A DNA stretch of 64,000 nucleotides from an uncultured Acidobacteriota bacterium (GTDB lineage Bacteria > Acidobacteriota > Vicinamibacteria > Vicinamibacterales > 2-12-FULL-66-21). This document shows positions 22,929 through 35,477 of the stretch, piece after piece. The notes below the pieces were generated by a model that worked only from the letters and a program-made list of their open reading frames with translations, was not told the origin of the DNA and made no database searches. Where the stretch lies: contig CAWBCA010000016.1 in the NCBI GenBank assembly GCA_963787175.1, positions 172,113 through 236,112 on the forward strand, read 5' to 3'. Numbering within the stretch: position 1 is the stretch's first letter; every line of letters begins with the position of its first letter. The position numbers and the translations under genes were made by a program.

Positions 22929-25900
22929 ATGAACACCTCTTCCAATGTCACTCTCGCCCCGAGGGGCACCCGGACAGCCGCCGCGCTGCTGGTCTGTGCC
23001 GTGGTCGCCACCTCGTCGTGGCTCGTCGTGCGCGCGGACGTGCCGCGCGTCGCGAGCGGCACATGGCTCGCGGCCGGAGAGGTCGGAACGATGCCGGCGG
23101 GTGCCGCCTCGGTGGCGCTGCCCGACGGGCGGGTGCTGGTGTTCGGCGGCAGGATGGACGGCGTCCTGTCGGGTGGCGTCTCGACATACGACGTGGTGTC
23201 CGGCGCCTGGACGGCGGCGGGCAGCATGACGGTGGCGCGTGCGGGCCACGCGGCGGCCGTGTTGAAGGACGGGCGCGTGCTGATCGCCGGAGGAACCGCG
23301 GCGACCGGTCCTTCCTTCGAGATCGAAATCTACGACCCTGCCACCGGATCGTCCGTGCACGCGGGCGACATGACGCTCCCGCGCGTGGATGCCGCCGCGG
23401 CCACCCTCACGGATGGCAAGGTCCTCATCGTCGGCGGTTCCGACGGCCTGTCACCGCTGAGCAGCGCCGAGACGTTCGACACCGCGACCGGGCAGAGCGC
23501 CGGTGTTCCCGCGTCGATGGCCAGCGTTCGCGTCAGGGCGACCGCCACCACGATGCTCGACGGCCACGTGCTCGTCGCCGGCGGCAGCGACGGCGCGAAC
23601 GACCTGGCGTCCGTCGAGATTTTCGACCCTGCGGCCGGCACATTCTTCGGAACGGGCGCGATGCAGACAGCGCGAAGCGGTCACGTCGCGGTGCTGCTGC
23701 CCAACAACAACCAGGTGCTGGTTGCGGGCGGAGGGTCAGGCACCGTTGCCGTCGCGTCCGCCGAGCTCTATGCGGACTGGCGTGACGGCTTCTCGCCGAC
23801 GCCCAACCCGATGTCAGCGGCGCGCGCCGGCGGGATTGCCGGCGCCCTGCGGCCCTACGACCTGGCGTTCGTGGCCGGCGGCGGCGCGACGAGCGGCGAG
23901 TACTACGGGTACGCGACGGTGAAGACCGACAAAGAGGACTACTGGCCCGGAGAGCCGGTGACCGTCACGGGCTCGGGATGGCAGCCTGGCGAGACGGTGA
24001 CGCTGGTGATCTCCGAGGACGCCGACACGCACTACGACTTCACCTACAGCGCGATCGCCGATGCTTCGGGCAGCATCACGAACGCCGAGTTCGCGCCTAT
24101 TCAGAACGAGGTCTTTCATCATTTCGGGAAGAAGTTCTATGTGGTGGCGCGCGGCGCGGCGTCCGAGGCGTTGAACACGTTCACGACGGCAACGGCACGA
24201 TCACTGGAACAGTGCGGGACTCGGTGCACCAACGCCAGTGATCGCGGGGGCCACGATCTCGTGCTCGGATACTCGGCAATCAATCCTTGCAGCAATCCGG
24301 CACGACAACAAGCCATTGCCAACGGCAGTTACTACGTTGACCTTCAATTCCCGGGCAACAGCACTGACGGTGAACATCACGGTCTCCAGCGCCCGGATAC
24401 GCGCCACAGACGCAGACGCTGACCTTCACCAACGATCAGACTCAAACAGTCAACTGGACTGCTGGTTCCTATCCGTCACCGCCACAACGCTCACCGTTGC
24501 ACCCGCGACGGGCACTTACGGCGGCAACACGGCGGCTGCTCTCACGGCGACGCTGACAGCCGGCGTTACTGGCGTGAGCGGCAAGACGATCAGCTTCTCA
24601 CTGAACGGCACCAGTGTAGGCAGCGCTACAACAAATGCGAGCGGCGTTGCGACCCTGGCCGCGCCGAGCAGTCTCACAGGCATCAACGCGGGCAGCTACC
24701 CGGCAGGTGTGACGGCGGCCTTCACGGCGGATGCAAGCTACTCGGGCCAGACGGCCTCGAACTCGCTCACGGTGAGCAAGGCCCAGTTGAGCGTCAAGGC
24801 GGACGACAAGTCGAAGGCGTACGACGGCGCGGTGTTCACCGGGTTCACGTCGACGATCTCCGGGCTTCGTCTCGGGCCAGACCGAAGCCGGTCTGCGCGG
24901 TTCGGGAGCGCTGACGGGAGCCGCTGCGTATTCCGGCGCCGGTACGACGGCCGTGAATGCCAGCGTTACGCCCTACGTGGTGACGCCCACGCTCGGCACG
25001 CTGACTGCCACGAACTACACGTTCGCGTTCCTCGATGGCACCCTGACGATCAGCAATCGGGCGATCACCGTGACGGCAGACGCCAAGACCAAGACATACG
25101 GCGACCCGGACCCGGCGCTGACTTACCAGGTCACCAGCGGCTCGCTGAATAGCGGTGACTCGTTCAGCGGCACGCTGACTCGCGTTGCGGGCACGTCGGT
25201 CGGCACGTATGCAATCCAACAGGGCACGTTGACGGCCGGCGCGAGCTACACGCTGACGTTCGTGACAGCCAACCTGACGATCGGACAGCGTCCCGCCTCA
25301 GTTACGCCCAACGTGGCGACCAAGGCCTTCGGTGGCGCGGAACCCGCGCTCACCGGGACGCTCAGTGGCTTCCTGCCGGCGGACAACGTGACCGCGACCT
25401 ACTCCCGCGTGGCGGGAGAGTCGGTCTCGGGCGGTCCCTACGCAATCAGCGCGATCCTGGCACCCGCGGGGGTCCTGGGCAACTACGCGATTACGTCGAA
25501 CACGGCGAGCTTCACGATCACGAAGGCGGACGCGACGGTCAGCGTGACGGGCTACACGGGCGTGTTCGACGGGGCGGCGCACGGGGCGACCGGCACGGCG
25601 ACCGGGACCGGCGGTGCGGCGCTGAGCGGCCTGGTGCTCGGAGACAGCTTCACCAGCGTGCCCGGCGGCACGGCGACCTGGACCTTCACCGACACCACCG
25701 GCAACTACAACGACGCGACCGGGACGGCTGCCATCGTGATCACCAAGGCGGACGCGGCGGTGACGGTCACAGGCTACACGGGCGTGTTCGACGGGGCGGC
25801 GCACGGCGCGACCGGCACGGCGACCGGCATCGGCGGCGTAGCGCTGAGCGGCCTGGTGCTCGGGGACAGCTTCACCAGCGTGCCCGGCGGCACGGCGACC

Positions 25901-28900
25901 TGGAGCTTCACCGACACCACCGGCAACTACAACAACGCGACCGGGACGGCTGCCATCGTGATTACCAAGGCGGACGCGACGGTCAGCGTGACCGGCTACA
26001 CGGGCGTGTTCGACGGGGCGGCGCACGGCGCGACCGGCACGGCGACCGGGATCGGCGGCGCGGCGCTGAGCGGCCTGGTGCTCGGGGACAGCTTCACCAA
26101 CGTGCCCGGCGGCACGGCGACCTGGACCTTCACCGACACCACGGGCAACTACAACAACACCAGCGGCACGGCCGCCATCGTGATCACCAAGGCGGAGGCG
26201 ACGGTCACGGTCAACGGCTACACGGGCGTGTTCGACGGGGCCGCGCACGGGGCGACCGGCACGGCGACCGGCATCGGCGGCGCGGCGCTGAGCGGCCTGG
26301 TGCTCGGGGACAGCTTCACCAACGTGCCCGGCGGCACGGCGACCTGGACCTTCACCGACACCACCGGCAACTACAACAACGCCAGTGCGTCGGTCGCCAT
26401 CGTGATTACGAAGGCGGACGCGACGGTCAGCGTGACGGGCTACACGGGCGTGTTCGACGGAGACGCGCACGGCGCGACCGGCACGGCGACCGGCATCGGC
26501 GGCGTAGCGCTGAGCGGACTGGTGCTCGGGGACAGCTTCACCAACGTGCCCGGCGGCACGGCGACCTGGACCTTCACCGACACCACGGGCAACTACAACA
26601 ACGCCAGTGCGTCGGTCGCCATCGTGATTACCAAGGCGGACGCGACGGTGACGGTGACCGGCTTCACGGGTGTGTTCGACGGGGCGGCGCACGGCGCGAC
26701 CGGCACGGCGACCGGCATCGGCGGCGGGGCGCTGAGCGGGCTCGTGCTCGGAGACAGCTTCACCAACGTGCCCGGCGGCACGGCGACCTGGGCGTTCACC
26801 GACACGACCGGCAACTACAACAACACCAGCGGCACGGCCGCCATCGTGATCACCAAGGCGGAGGCGACGGTCACGGTCAACGGCTACACCGGGGTGTTCG
26901 ACGGGAACGCGCACGGCGCGACCGGCACGGCAACCGGCATCGGCGGCGCGGCGCTGAGCGGGCTGGTCCTCGGGGACAGCTTCACCAACGTGCCCGGCGG
27001 CACGGCGACCTGGACCTTCACCGACACCACCGGCAACTACAACAACGCCAGTGCGTCGGTCGCCATCGTGATTACCAAGGCGGACGCGACGGTGAGCGTG
27101 ACCGGCTACACGGGCGTGTTCGACGGGGCGGCGCACGGCGCGACCGGCACGGCGACCGGCATCGGCGGCGGGGCGCTGAGCGGGCTCGTGCTCGGAGACA
27201 GCTTCACCAACGTGCCCGGCGGCACGGCGACCTGGGCGTTCACCGACACGACCGGCAACTACAACAACACCAGCGGCACGGCCGCCATCGTGATCACCAA
27301 GGCGGAGGCGACGGTCACGGTCAACGGCTACACCGGGGTGTTCGACGGGAACGCGCACGGCGCGACCGGCACGGCAACCGGCATCGGCGGCGCGGCGCTG
27401 AGCGGGCTGGTCCTCGGGGACAGCTTCACCAACGTGCCCGGCGGCACGGCGACCTGGACCTTCACCGACACGACCGGCAACTACAACAACGCGAGTGCGG
27501 CGGTCGCCATCGTGATTACGAAGGCGGACGCGACGGTCAGCGTGACGGGCTACACGGGCGTGTTCGACGGCGCCGCGCACGGCGCGACCGGCACGGCGAC
27601 CGGCATCGGCGGCGCGGCGCTGAGCGGCCTGGTGCTCGGGGACAGCTTCACCAACGTGCCCGGCGGCACGGCGACCTGGACCTTCACCGACACCACCGGC
27701 AACTACAACAACGCCAGTGCGGCGGTCGCCATCGTGATTACGAAGGCGGACGCGACGGTCAGCGTGACCGGTTACACGGGCGTGTTTGACGGAAACGCGC
27801 ACGGCGCGACCGGCACGGCGACCGGCATCGGCGGCGCGGCGCTGAGCGGGCTGGTGCTCGGAGACAGCTTCACCAACGTGCCGGGCGGCACGGCGACCTG
27901 GACCTTCACCGACACCACCGGCAACTACAACAACGCCAGTGCGGCGGTCGCCATCGTGATTACGAAGGCGGACGCGACGGTCAGCGTGACCGGTTACACG
28001 GGCGTGTTTGACGGCGACGCGCACGGCGCGACCGGCACGGCGACCGGCATCGGCGGCGCGGCGCTGAGCGGGCTGGTGCTCGGAGACAGCTTCACCAACG
28101 TGCCCGGCGGCACGGCGACCTGGACCTTCACCGACACGACCGGCAACTACAACAACGCCAGTGCGTCGGTCGCCATCGTTATCACGAAGGCAACCGCCGT
28201 CATCGTGGTGACGCCGTACGACGTGACGTATGACGCGGCGGCGCACACGGCCACGGGCACGGCGACCGGCGTCAGCGGCGAGCTGCTGGCCGGGCTGGAC
28301 CTGAGCGCCACGACCCACACGGCGGCCGGGACGACCAGCGACCCCTGGACGTTCACCGACGTGACCGGCAACTACGCCAACGCGAGCAGCACGGTCACCG
28401 ACAAGATCGACAAGGCGAACGCGGTCATCGTGGTGACGCCGTACGACGTGACGTATGACGCGGCGGCGCACACGGCCACGGGCACGGCGACCGGCGTCAG
28501 CGGCGAGCCGCTGGCCGGCCTCGACTTGAGCGGCACGACCCACACGGCGGCCGGAACGACCAGCGACCCCTGGACGTTCACCGACGTGACCGGCAACTAC
28601 GCCAACGCGAACAGCACCGTCACCGACAAGATCGCCAAGGCGACCGCCACCATCGTGGTGACGCCCTACGACGTGACGTATGACGCGGCGGCGCACACCG
28701 CCACCGGGACGGCCACCGGCGTCAGCGGCGAGCCGCTGTCCGGACTGAACCTGAGCGGCACGACCCACACGGCGGCCGGAACGACCAGCGACCCCTGGAC
28801 GTTCACCGACGTGACCGGCAACTACGCCAACGCGAACAGCACCGTCACCGACAAGATCGCCGAGAAGGCGGCCTCGGTGACCCCCGCAGCCGCGGGCAAG

Positions 28901-29944
28901 ACCTACGGCAGCGCCGACCCGGCGTTCAGTGGGACGCTCAGCGGCTTCGTGGCGACCGACAACGTGACGGCAACCTACAGCCGCACGGCCGGGGAGACGG
29001 TCGGGGCGTATGTCATCAGCGCGACGCTCGCGCCGGCCGGGGTGCTCGTCAACTACCAGCTGACCTACAACACGGCCAGCTTCGCCATCGCCAAGAAAGC
29101 CGCCTCGGTGACCCCCGCAGCCGCGGGCAAGGTTTACGGCGCTGTCGACCCGACCCTGACTGGCGCCCTGGTGGGCTTCCTGGCAGCGGACAACGTGACA
29201 GCCAGCTACAGCCGCACGGCGGGTGAGCCCGTCGGCGTCTACGTCATCAGCGCGACGCTCGCGCCGGTGGCGCTGCTCGGCAACTACGACATCACCTACA
29301 GCACGGCCAGTTTCACGACTACGAAAGCGACGCTGACCGTGACCGCTCTGAACAAGAGCAAGCTGCTCAACGCGGCGAACCCGGCGCTGACGGCCACCTA
29401 CAGCGGCTTCGTCAACAGCGAGACGCTCGCGACAAGCGGCGTGACCGGCGAACCTGGTCTCACGACGACGGCGGTGACGAACAGCCCCGTGGGCACGTAT
29501 CCGATAACCGCCGCCGTGGGAGCACTCGTGTCGAGCAACTACACGTTTGCCTACGTGAACGGCACCCTGACCGTGCTCTACGAATGGGATGGCTTCCTCC
29601 AGCCCATCAACGACACGGCTCATGACGTGGTGACCATGAGCAAGTTCAAGGCAGGCCAGACCATCCCGGCGAAGTTCGACATCAAGGACGTCAACGGCGT
29701 TGCCGTGCAACAGTCGGTAAGTCCGTCATTCAGTTACGTGTCCATCGGCGCGTCCTGCAGCATCGCCCAAGCAGACACCGTCGACGCGGTATATCAGGCC
29801 TCGACACAAGCGGTCTACACGCTGAACGGCGGCCACTACCAGTACAACTGGAGCACGAAAGGCCTCGTCGCCGGCTTCTATCGAATCTTCGCCAAGCTGA
29901 ACGACGGCACCACGCAGTTCGTTGACATCTGCCTCTCGAAGTAA
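22929..29944 (+). CDS. Giant surface adhesin-like protein: Kelch-repeat propeller, Ig/MBG-like domains, 15 tandem repeats, C-terminal PxKF domain (indels at ~24190-24420 and ~24870)
   Basis: Kelch motifs (LPDGRVLVFGG, LKDGRVLIAGG, LTDGKVLIVGG, LDGHVLVAGG); TDKEDYWPGEPV; MBG-like KTYGDPDPALTY; C-terminal GFLQPIN...KAGQTIPAKF...YQYNWSTK. Confidence 0.85.
25520..28183 (+). repeat. 12 x 222-bp (74-aa) near-identical tandem repeats
   Basis: TKADATVSVTGYTGVFDGAAHGATGTATG...NYNNAS.AVAIVI; span of 2664 bp = 12 x 222. Confidence 0.95.
28184..28858 (+). repeat. 3 x 225-bp (75-aa) tandem repeats, second repeat type
   Basis: KA.AVIVVTPYDVTYDAAAHTATGTATGVSGE...DPWTFTDVTGNYANA.STVTDKI three times. Confidence 0.93.
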
Positions 29945-29967
29945 GCTCGAGAAGAGGTTCGGAACAA

Positions 29968-29995
29968 AGAGGGGGGCGCACGGGCGCTCCCCTCT
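29968..29995. terminator. Hairpin downstream of the adhesin gene
   Basis: AGAGGGGGGCGC-ACGG-GCGCTCCCCTCT; no U-tract on the + strand. Confidence 0.45.
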
Positions 29996-30130
29996 CGCAC
30001 GTTCGGGCCACCTCGTCCATCCGCCAGTTCCGCCAGGCTCCTGGCGCGTCGTCCGAACCCTCCACCTCACGCGCCAGGCGGTCCGACAGACCCCCGCGCG
30101 CAGCTCGACGGACCGTTGTACACTGCCGGA

Positions 30131-30979
30131 ATGCGGGACCTCGGCGATCTCGACCTCTACAAGCCGCAGCGGCGGGTGCCAATCCAGGAACCGCGCCGTT
30201 CCGCCGTACCCCTGATCGCGGTGCTGGTGCTGGTTGCCGGCGCAGCACTCCTGTGGACCTTCTGGCCGTTGAAGAAAGCACCTCCCGCCGCCGTCCAGAC
30301 GGCAACACGGTCCGTCACGCCCCAGCCCGCAGAACGGCCGGCTCGTGTCGAAGGCGAGAACATCGTTCTTCCGCCGCTGGCCGACACCGATGCGCTGGTG
30401 CGCACGCTGGTCGGCAAGCTGTCGTCGCACCCGAAGGTGGCCGCGTGGCTGACGACCGATCAGCTGATTCGAAACTTCACCGTGTCGGTCATCAACGTCG
30501 CGGACGGCCGCACCCCGTCCAGGCATCTCCGCGCCGTCCGGCCCTCCGGCAGGTTCGCGGTGACGAACGAAGGCGGAGTTCCGGTCATCGATCCGGACGG
30601 CTATCGTCGTTACGATGACTACGCCGACGCCGTGGCTGCCCTCGACCCGGAGGGAATGGCCCGGCTCTACGTGACGCTCGGCCCGCGGATTGATGAGGCG
30701 GCCTCCGAGCTCGGTCAACCCGGCGGATTCGAGCCGGTGCTGGAACGCGCCATCCTGGAACTGCTGAAGACGCCGGTCGTGGAAGGCCGGGTGCCTCTCG
30801 CGCCCAAGGGTCTTGGGTACGAGCACGCCGATCCGCGGTTGCAATCGCTATCGGGAGCGCAGCGCCAGCTGCTGCGGATGGGACCTCGGAACGTGCAGAT
30901 CATCCAGGCCAAGCTGCGCGAGATCGCCCGTCATCTGGGGATCGTCGTCCCTGCCACGGACGGACGGTCTCCTGGCTGA
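30131..30979 (+). CDS. DUF3014 domain protein
   Basis: N-terminal TM, LPPLADTD, YRRYDDY, ADPRLQSLSGAQRQLLRMGPRN. Confidence 0.85.
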   Translation: MRDLGDLDLYKPQRRVPIQEPRRSAVPLIAVLVLVAGAALLWTFWPLKKAPPAAVQTATRSVTPQPAERPARVEGENIVLPPLADTDALVRTLVGKLSSHPKVAAWLTTDQLIRNFTVSVINVADGRTPSRHLRAVRPSGRFAVTNEGGVPVIDPDGYRRYDDYADAVAALDPEGMARLYVTLGPRIDEAASELGQPGGFEPVLERAILELLKTPVVEGRVPLAPKGLGYEHADPRLQSLSGAQRQLLRMGPRNVQIIQAKLREIARHLGIVVPATDGRSPG

Positions 30980-31039
30980 AGTTGCGAGGGCTCCCCAACG
31001 AGCGTGCGGGAGCCCCGCCTCCCTCACTCCGGGTGTCCT

Positions 31040-31360
31040 CTATCTCCCCGGCGCCCTGTACTGCACGTTCTTCTGGCCGATCTGATCGAGCTCCTCCGGA
31101 GTGATGAGCACGACCGTCTCGACGTCTACCGCGCCCGAGGCGGTGATGGCCAGCGACGCGGCCGAGGCGGTCGCGTGATCGGCCGCATCAGCTATGACGA
31201 AGGCGTCGGTCCGGCCAAATGCGAAGTAGAAGGACTCCATCGTCGCCCCGACGCTCTTCAGCGCCGCTTCTGCGGCCTGGCGGCGCTTCGTGCCGCCCTC
31301 CTGTAGCAATCCGCGCGCTCCTTCCGCCGTGTAGGACGCCTTGAGCAGGTACTTCGGCAT
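31040..31360 (-). CDS. GYD domain protein
   Basis: MPKYLLKASYTAEG...FYFAFG..D...YRAPG. Confidence 0.85.
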   Translation of the reverse strand: MPKYLLKASYTAEGARGLLQEGGTKRRQAAEAALKSVGATMESFYFAFGRTDAFVIADAADHATASAASLAITASGAVDVETVVLITPEELDQIGQKNVQYRAPGR

Positions 31361-31540
31361 GCGGCACCTCCGAAATTGAACACGTCCGGCGCCAGCCGGA
31401 CAACTGCAGCTTCCGCGGGCATCAATTCTGGATCAGTTCACCGTAAGTTAGAATCGGGAGTTGCGCCATGCTGCGACCGCGCACGTTCCGTCCAGCTCAA
31501 AGGACCTCTTGACTCTGGTTCCCCCCGCGCGCCCCCGCGC

Positions 31541-32575
31541 ATGAACATCCTGATCGTCCGCCTGGGCGCGCTTGGCGACATCGTGCACGCGCTGCCGGCG
31601 GCGGCCGCCTTGCGGACCGCGCTGCCCGATGCGCGGATCGACTGGCTGGTAGACGCCAGGCATCGCGCGCTGTTCGATCTCGTGACCGGTCTCGATCGGG
31701 TCGTGACACTCGAGGGGCGCTCCGTCGCGGCGTGGGTGGATGTGGTCAGGTGCCTGCGGCAGGTGGCGTACGACGCGGCGCTCGACATGCAGGGCCTGAT
31801 GAAGTCCGCGGTCCTGGCGCGTGCGTCGGGCGCGACGCGCGTCGCCGGCTTTTCGCTGTGGCACTTGCGCGAGAAAACCGCGCGGCCCTTCTACTCCCAG
31901 GTCGACGCGGCCGGCGCAGGGGAGGCGGATTCGCCGGCCCACGTGATCTACAAGAACCTGCGACTGCTGCGCGTCGTCGGGGTCGACACCGATCGCGTGG
32001 TGTTCCCGCTGACGCGCGCCGACTCGGCCGCGGCGCTGGTAGTGCGTGCGGCGGGCGAGGGAAGGCCGTTTGCGTTGCTGAACCCCGGCGCAGGGTGGCC
32101 CAACAAGCGGTGGCCCGCGGAACGGTTCGGAGAAGTCGCCGTTTTCCTGCGTGACGTGCGCGGCATCCGCTCCGTGGTCGTGTGGGGCCCGGGCGAGCAG
32201 GAGCTGGCCCGCTCGGTCGTGAGCGCGTCGAACGGCGCGGCAACGGAAGCGCCGCCAACCGGCGTGGCCGACCTGGTCAGCCTGTCGCGGGCGGCGTCGT
32301 TGTGCGTGTCGGGTGATACCGGTCCGCTGCACCTCGCGGCGGCCGTCGGCACCCCGGTGGTCGGCATCTTCGGTCCGACGGATCCGGAGCGGAACGGCCC
32401 CTGGCTGGCGCAGGACGTCGTCGTGACCAGGCACGGGTCGTGTGGCTGTCACTACGAGCGCCGGTGCCGGCAGGCGCGCTGGTGCCTCGCAGACATCGGG
32501 ACCGTCGAGGTGACGGCTGCCGTGCAGCGGCGCCTCGGTACAGGCCGCGTTGCCGGGTCGCATCAGGATGTCTGA
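31541..32575 (+). CDS. waaC: LPS heptosyltransferase (GT9, WaaC-like)
   Basis: ILIVRLGALGDIVH, DMQGLMKSA, NPGAGWPNKRW, GDTGPLHLAAA. Confidence 0.88.
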   Translation: MNILIVRLGALGDIVHALPAAAALRTALPDARIDWLVDARHRALFDLVTGLDRVVTLEGRSVAAWVDVVRCLRQVAYDAALDMQGLMKSAVLARASGATRVAGFSLWHLREKTARPFYSQVDAAGAGEADSPAHVIYKNLRLLRVVGVDTDRVVFPLTRADSAAALVVRAAGEGRPFALLNPGAGWPNKRWPAERFGEVAVFLRDVRGIRSVVVWGPGEQELARSVVSASNGAATEAPPTGVADLVSLSRAASLCVSGDTGPLHLAAAVGTPVVGIFGPTDPERNGPWLAQDVVVTRHGSCGCHYERRCRQARWCLADIGTVEVTAAVQRRLGTGRVAGSHQDV

Positions 32576-33077
32576 CTACGCGCGCCTGGTTGCCCGGTAT
32601 CGGGTGCGTCTCGGGTTTCCGTCGGCAGCCGTGGCACTGTGGCTCGCCGATCCCGGACCACGTACGCTCGCAGCGGGTGCGGTTGTGGCGTGCGTCGGAG
32701 AGGCGCTCCGCATCTGGGCCGCGGGACACCTCGAGAAGGGCCGCGAGGTGACGGCATCGGGGCCTTACCGGTTCACGCGGCACCCGCTGTATCTGGGATC
32801 GGCGATCATCGGCGTCGGCTTTGCGGTTGCGTCCGCGAGCGCGAGCGCGGCGGCCGTCGTGCTGGGCTACCTCGTGGTGACGCTGACGGCCGCGATGCGG
32901 GGCGAGGAGGCGCATCTGACCGAGAAGTTCGGTGATGCCTATCCCGAGTACCGCGAGGGGCGGGCGCCTGCGGCGGTCCGCAGGTTCAGTGTGGCGCGCG
33001 CCGTGAGCAACCGTGAGCACCGTGCGGTCGCCGGGCTGGCCGTGGTGCTTGCGCTGTTGTGGTGGAAGGCTCTATAA
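32568..33077 (+). CDS. Isoprenylcysteine carboxyl methyltransferase/PEMT family membrane protein
   Basis: LRIWAAGHL, SGPYRFTRHPLYLG, EEAHL..KFG.AY.EY. Confidence 0.88.
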   Translation: MSDYARLVARYRVRLGFPSAAVALWLADPGPRTLAAGAVVACVGEALRIWAAGHLEKGREVTASGPYRFTRHPLYLGSAIIGVGFAVASASASAAAVVLGYLVVTLTAAMRGEEAHLTEKFGDAYPEYREGRAPAAVRRFSVARAVSNREHRAVAGLAVVLALLWWKAL

Positions 33078-33078
33078 T
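33049..33078 (+). promoter_or_regulatory. Putative sigma70 promoter of the tRNA-Val/tRNA-Asp operon
   Basis: TTGCGC-N18-TATAAT, ~32 nt upstream of tRNA-Val. Confidence 0.45.
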
Positions 33079-33110
33079 CGACATCTTTGGGCGGCGGCCG
33101 CGGCATCGCA

Positions 33111-33185
33111 GGGCGGTTAGCTCAGTGGTAGAGCACCGGCCTTACACGCCGGCTGTCACAGGTTCGAAACCTGTACCGCCCACCA
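33111..33185 (+). tRNA. tRNA-Val (TAC)
   Basis: GGGCGGTTAGCTCAGTGGTAGAGC, CCGGC-CT-TAC-AC-GCCGG, GGTTCGAAACC, CCA. Confidence 0.96.
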
Positions 33186-33271
33186 GCCCTTCGCGCCGCT
33201 GCCCGTAGCGCGCTGCGGTTGACGTGCTCGCCGCCTTGCGTGCGACGAGTTCCAGCGACAGACGTTCTCTT

Positions 33272-33348
<77 letters not shown>

Positions 33349-33386
33349 ACTCCCTCGCTTCGCACGGTCCTTGACGGGTCGCCGTC

Positions 33387-33501
33387 CTCAGGCGCACCGC
33401 CGAGACCTTCGGCCTCGCCGACCGGGCTCGAGTCGCTCAGGCGCATAGCCGAGACCTTCGGCCTCGCCGACCAGGCTCGAGTCCCGTCGACCCCGCCAAC
33501 T
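33387..33501 (+). repeat. Two 49-bp tandem repeats ending in a 25-bp duplicate of the tRNA-Asp 3' end
   Basis: CTCAGGCGCA..GCCGAGACCTTCGGCCTCGCCGACC.GGCTCGAGTC twice; TCGAGTCCCGTCGACCCCGCCAACT at 33327-33351 and 33477-33501. Confidence 0.85.
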
Positions 33502-33778
33502 ACTGACAATCAAGCACTGACAGCCGCCGTCTTTTGACGCGTCCACCGGCCACGCCCGGCTGGAGGCCGCGGCCTTCCTCAGGGCGTAATTGCATTCAGA
33601 TCAGCGTGTTGCGGGCTCTGATCGTTTGAACGGCGGCTGGTTTCCCGGCCGATTGCAACGAGCCCGCAAGCCGTTCCGGCTTCCTTTTGCCGGTCGGCGC
33701 GCGAACATCCGTTCCATCCGGCGACGTGATCGATAACTGAGGCTTGTCAGCACCACTGTGCTCAGCTCGCACGTGTGG

Positions 33779-35470
33779 TCAACTCGCGGTCGGCGACGGC
33801 TCACCCGCGGCCTTCAGAGCCTGGTAACGCTCGATCGCCGTGCGCGCGTTGAACAGCATACGCTCGCGGCCAAGTCGCTCGTGCAGGCCGGCACGTCGTA
33901 CCGTCTCGAGAACTCCAGGATTCAGCCCCACCAGCCAGACCACGCTGCCCCTTTCGGTCGCCGCGTTTGTCACCTTCCATCAGCGCCTGCAACGCCGAGT
34001 ATTCGAGGTCGGGCACCCTGCTCATATCCAGCGCCAGCACACGCGGCTTGTACTGCGCGACCAGTGCGGCGATCTGCTCGGCCACGTTCTGCACATTGAC
34101 GAAGAACAGGCGCCCCTCCGGCCGCACGATCAGCAGGCCCTCGAAGGTCTCGTCGTCCGGGTGTTCCGGCGACAGCGGTCGCAGCACGTCGGCTCCGCGC
34201 TTGCGGCCGATGACGTACACACGCGGGTGAGCCGTCTGGCTCGCCAGGCCAATCATCGACACGATGATCGCGACGACAATGCCCTTCAGCGTGCCGAACA
34301 CCAGCACGCCGGCACAGGCGATGAGCGCCCAGCGAAACTCCATCGCGCGCACGTTGCGGATGGCGCGGAACTCTGCCGGCTGGATCAGCCCGACTGAATA
34401 GACGATCACCACCGCCGCGAGCGTGGCGTTGGGCATCAGACCCAGCATCGGCGCGAGCAGCAGCATGATGGCCACCGCGCTGCCGGCGGTCACGAGCGAT
34501 GCCTTCTGTGACTGCCCGCCCGCGGCGCGCACGACCGCGGTCTGCGAGGTGCCGCCTCCCGCCGGCATCGCACCGAGCAGCGCGCCACCCAGATTCGCGG
34601 CTCCGGTGGCGACCAGCTCGCGATTCGCATTGATCGGCGGGTCGGCAGGTCGCGCAAAGGCGCGGCCCGCCGCAATCGTCTCCGTGAAGCTCATCAGCGC
34701 GATCCCGAGCGCGCCCGGCATCAATTGCTCGATCAGAGAGAGACGTCCGGCAGCGTGAGCGCCGGGAAACCGCGCGGAATCAGGCCGACCGTGGAGACGC
34801 CGAGTGCCTGCAGCCCGAAGAACCACGATGCGGCAATGCCGCCCCCCACCGCGACCAGCGGCGCCGGAGAATGCGGCCACAGCCGCTCCATGCCGATCAA
34901 TATCGCGAACGTCGCCGCGGCCACGGCCAGCGTCATCAGCGACGTGTCGGGAATGTTCTGCACGACGCTGAGAGAGTCGAGAAAGAAGCCCTGCTTGGTG
35001 ATGTGGATGCCCAGGAGCTTCGGCACCTGGTCCAGCACGATGACGAGACCGATGCCCGCCTTGAAGCCGGCCAACACCGGAGTGGAAATGAAGTTGGCGA
35101 CAAATCCCAGGCGCATGAGCCGCGCCAGCAGCAGCATCGCGCCGACCATCGCGGTGAGCGCGGCGGTCGCCGCGACGAGCTTCGCCGCATCGCCGTCGCG
35201 GACCACCAGGCCGAGTTGCGTGCCCGTCAGGATCGCCAAGGTGGCGGTGGAGCTGACGCTGAGCACGCGCGACGAGCCGAGCAGCGCGTAAATCACCATC
35301 GGGATGAACGCGGTGTAGAGCCCCACGGCAGCGGGCAAACCGGCCACTGTCGCATAGGCCATCGCCTTGGGCAGAACGACCGCGGCGGCCACGAGGCCGG
35401 CGACCACGTCGAAGCGCAACGCCGGGGAGCTCGGCTCGTTGCCGCTCGTGGCCATCGAAGGTTGATTCAT
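33779..35470 (-). CDS. SulP family anion transporter with STAS domain (indels at ~34740 and ~33965)
   Basis: PKAMAYATVAGLP..GLY, ANFISTPVLAGF, NRELVATG.AN, RPEGRLFFVN, LDMSRVPD. Confidence 0.92.
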
Positions 35471-35477
35471 GGGGTCA

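Noticed and set aside
25520-28858. CRISPR array or DGR template/variable repeats
   Set aside because: Repeats are in-frame 222/225-bp coding units with no unique spacers, and no cas or reverse transcriptase gene is present.
25298-29710. 1470-aa minus-strand ORF and other long antisense ORFs (e.g. 51461-54211, 6171-7955)
   Set aside because: Shadow ORFs typical of high-GC codon bias opposite real genes; Arg/Gly-rich with no motifs.
33387-33501. Mini CRISPR array
   Set aside because: Only two adjacent 49-bp units with no spacer, tied to the tRNA 3' duplication.
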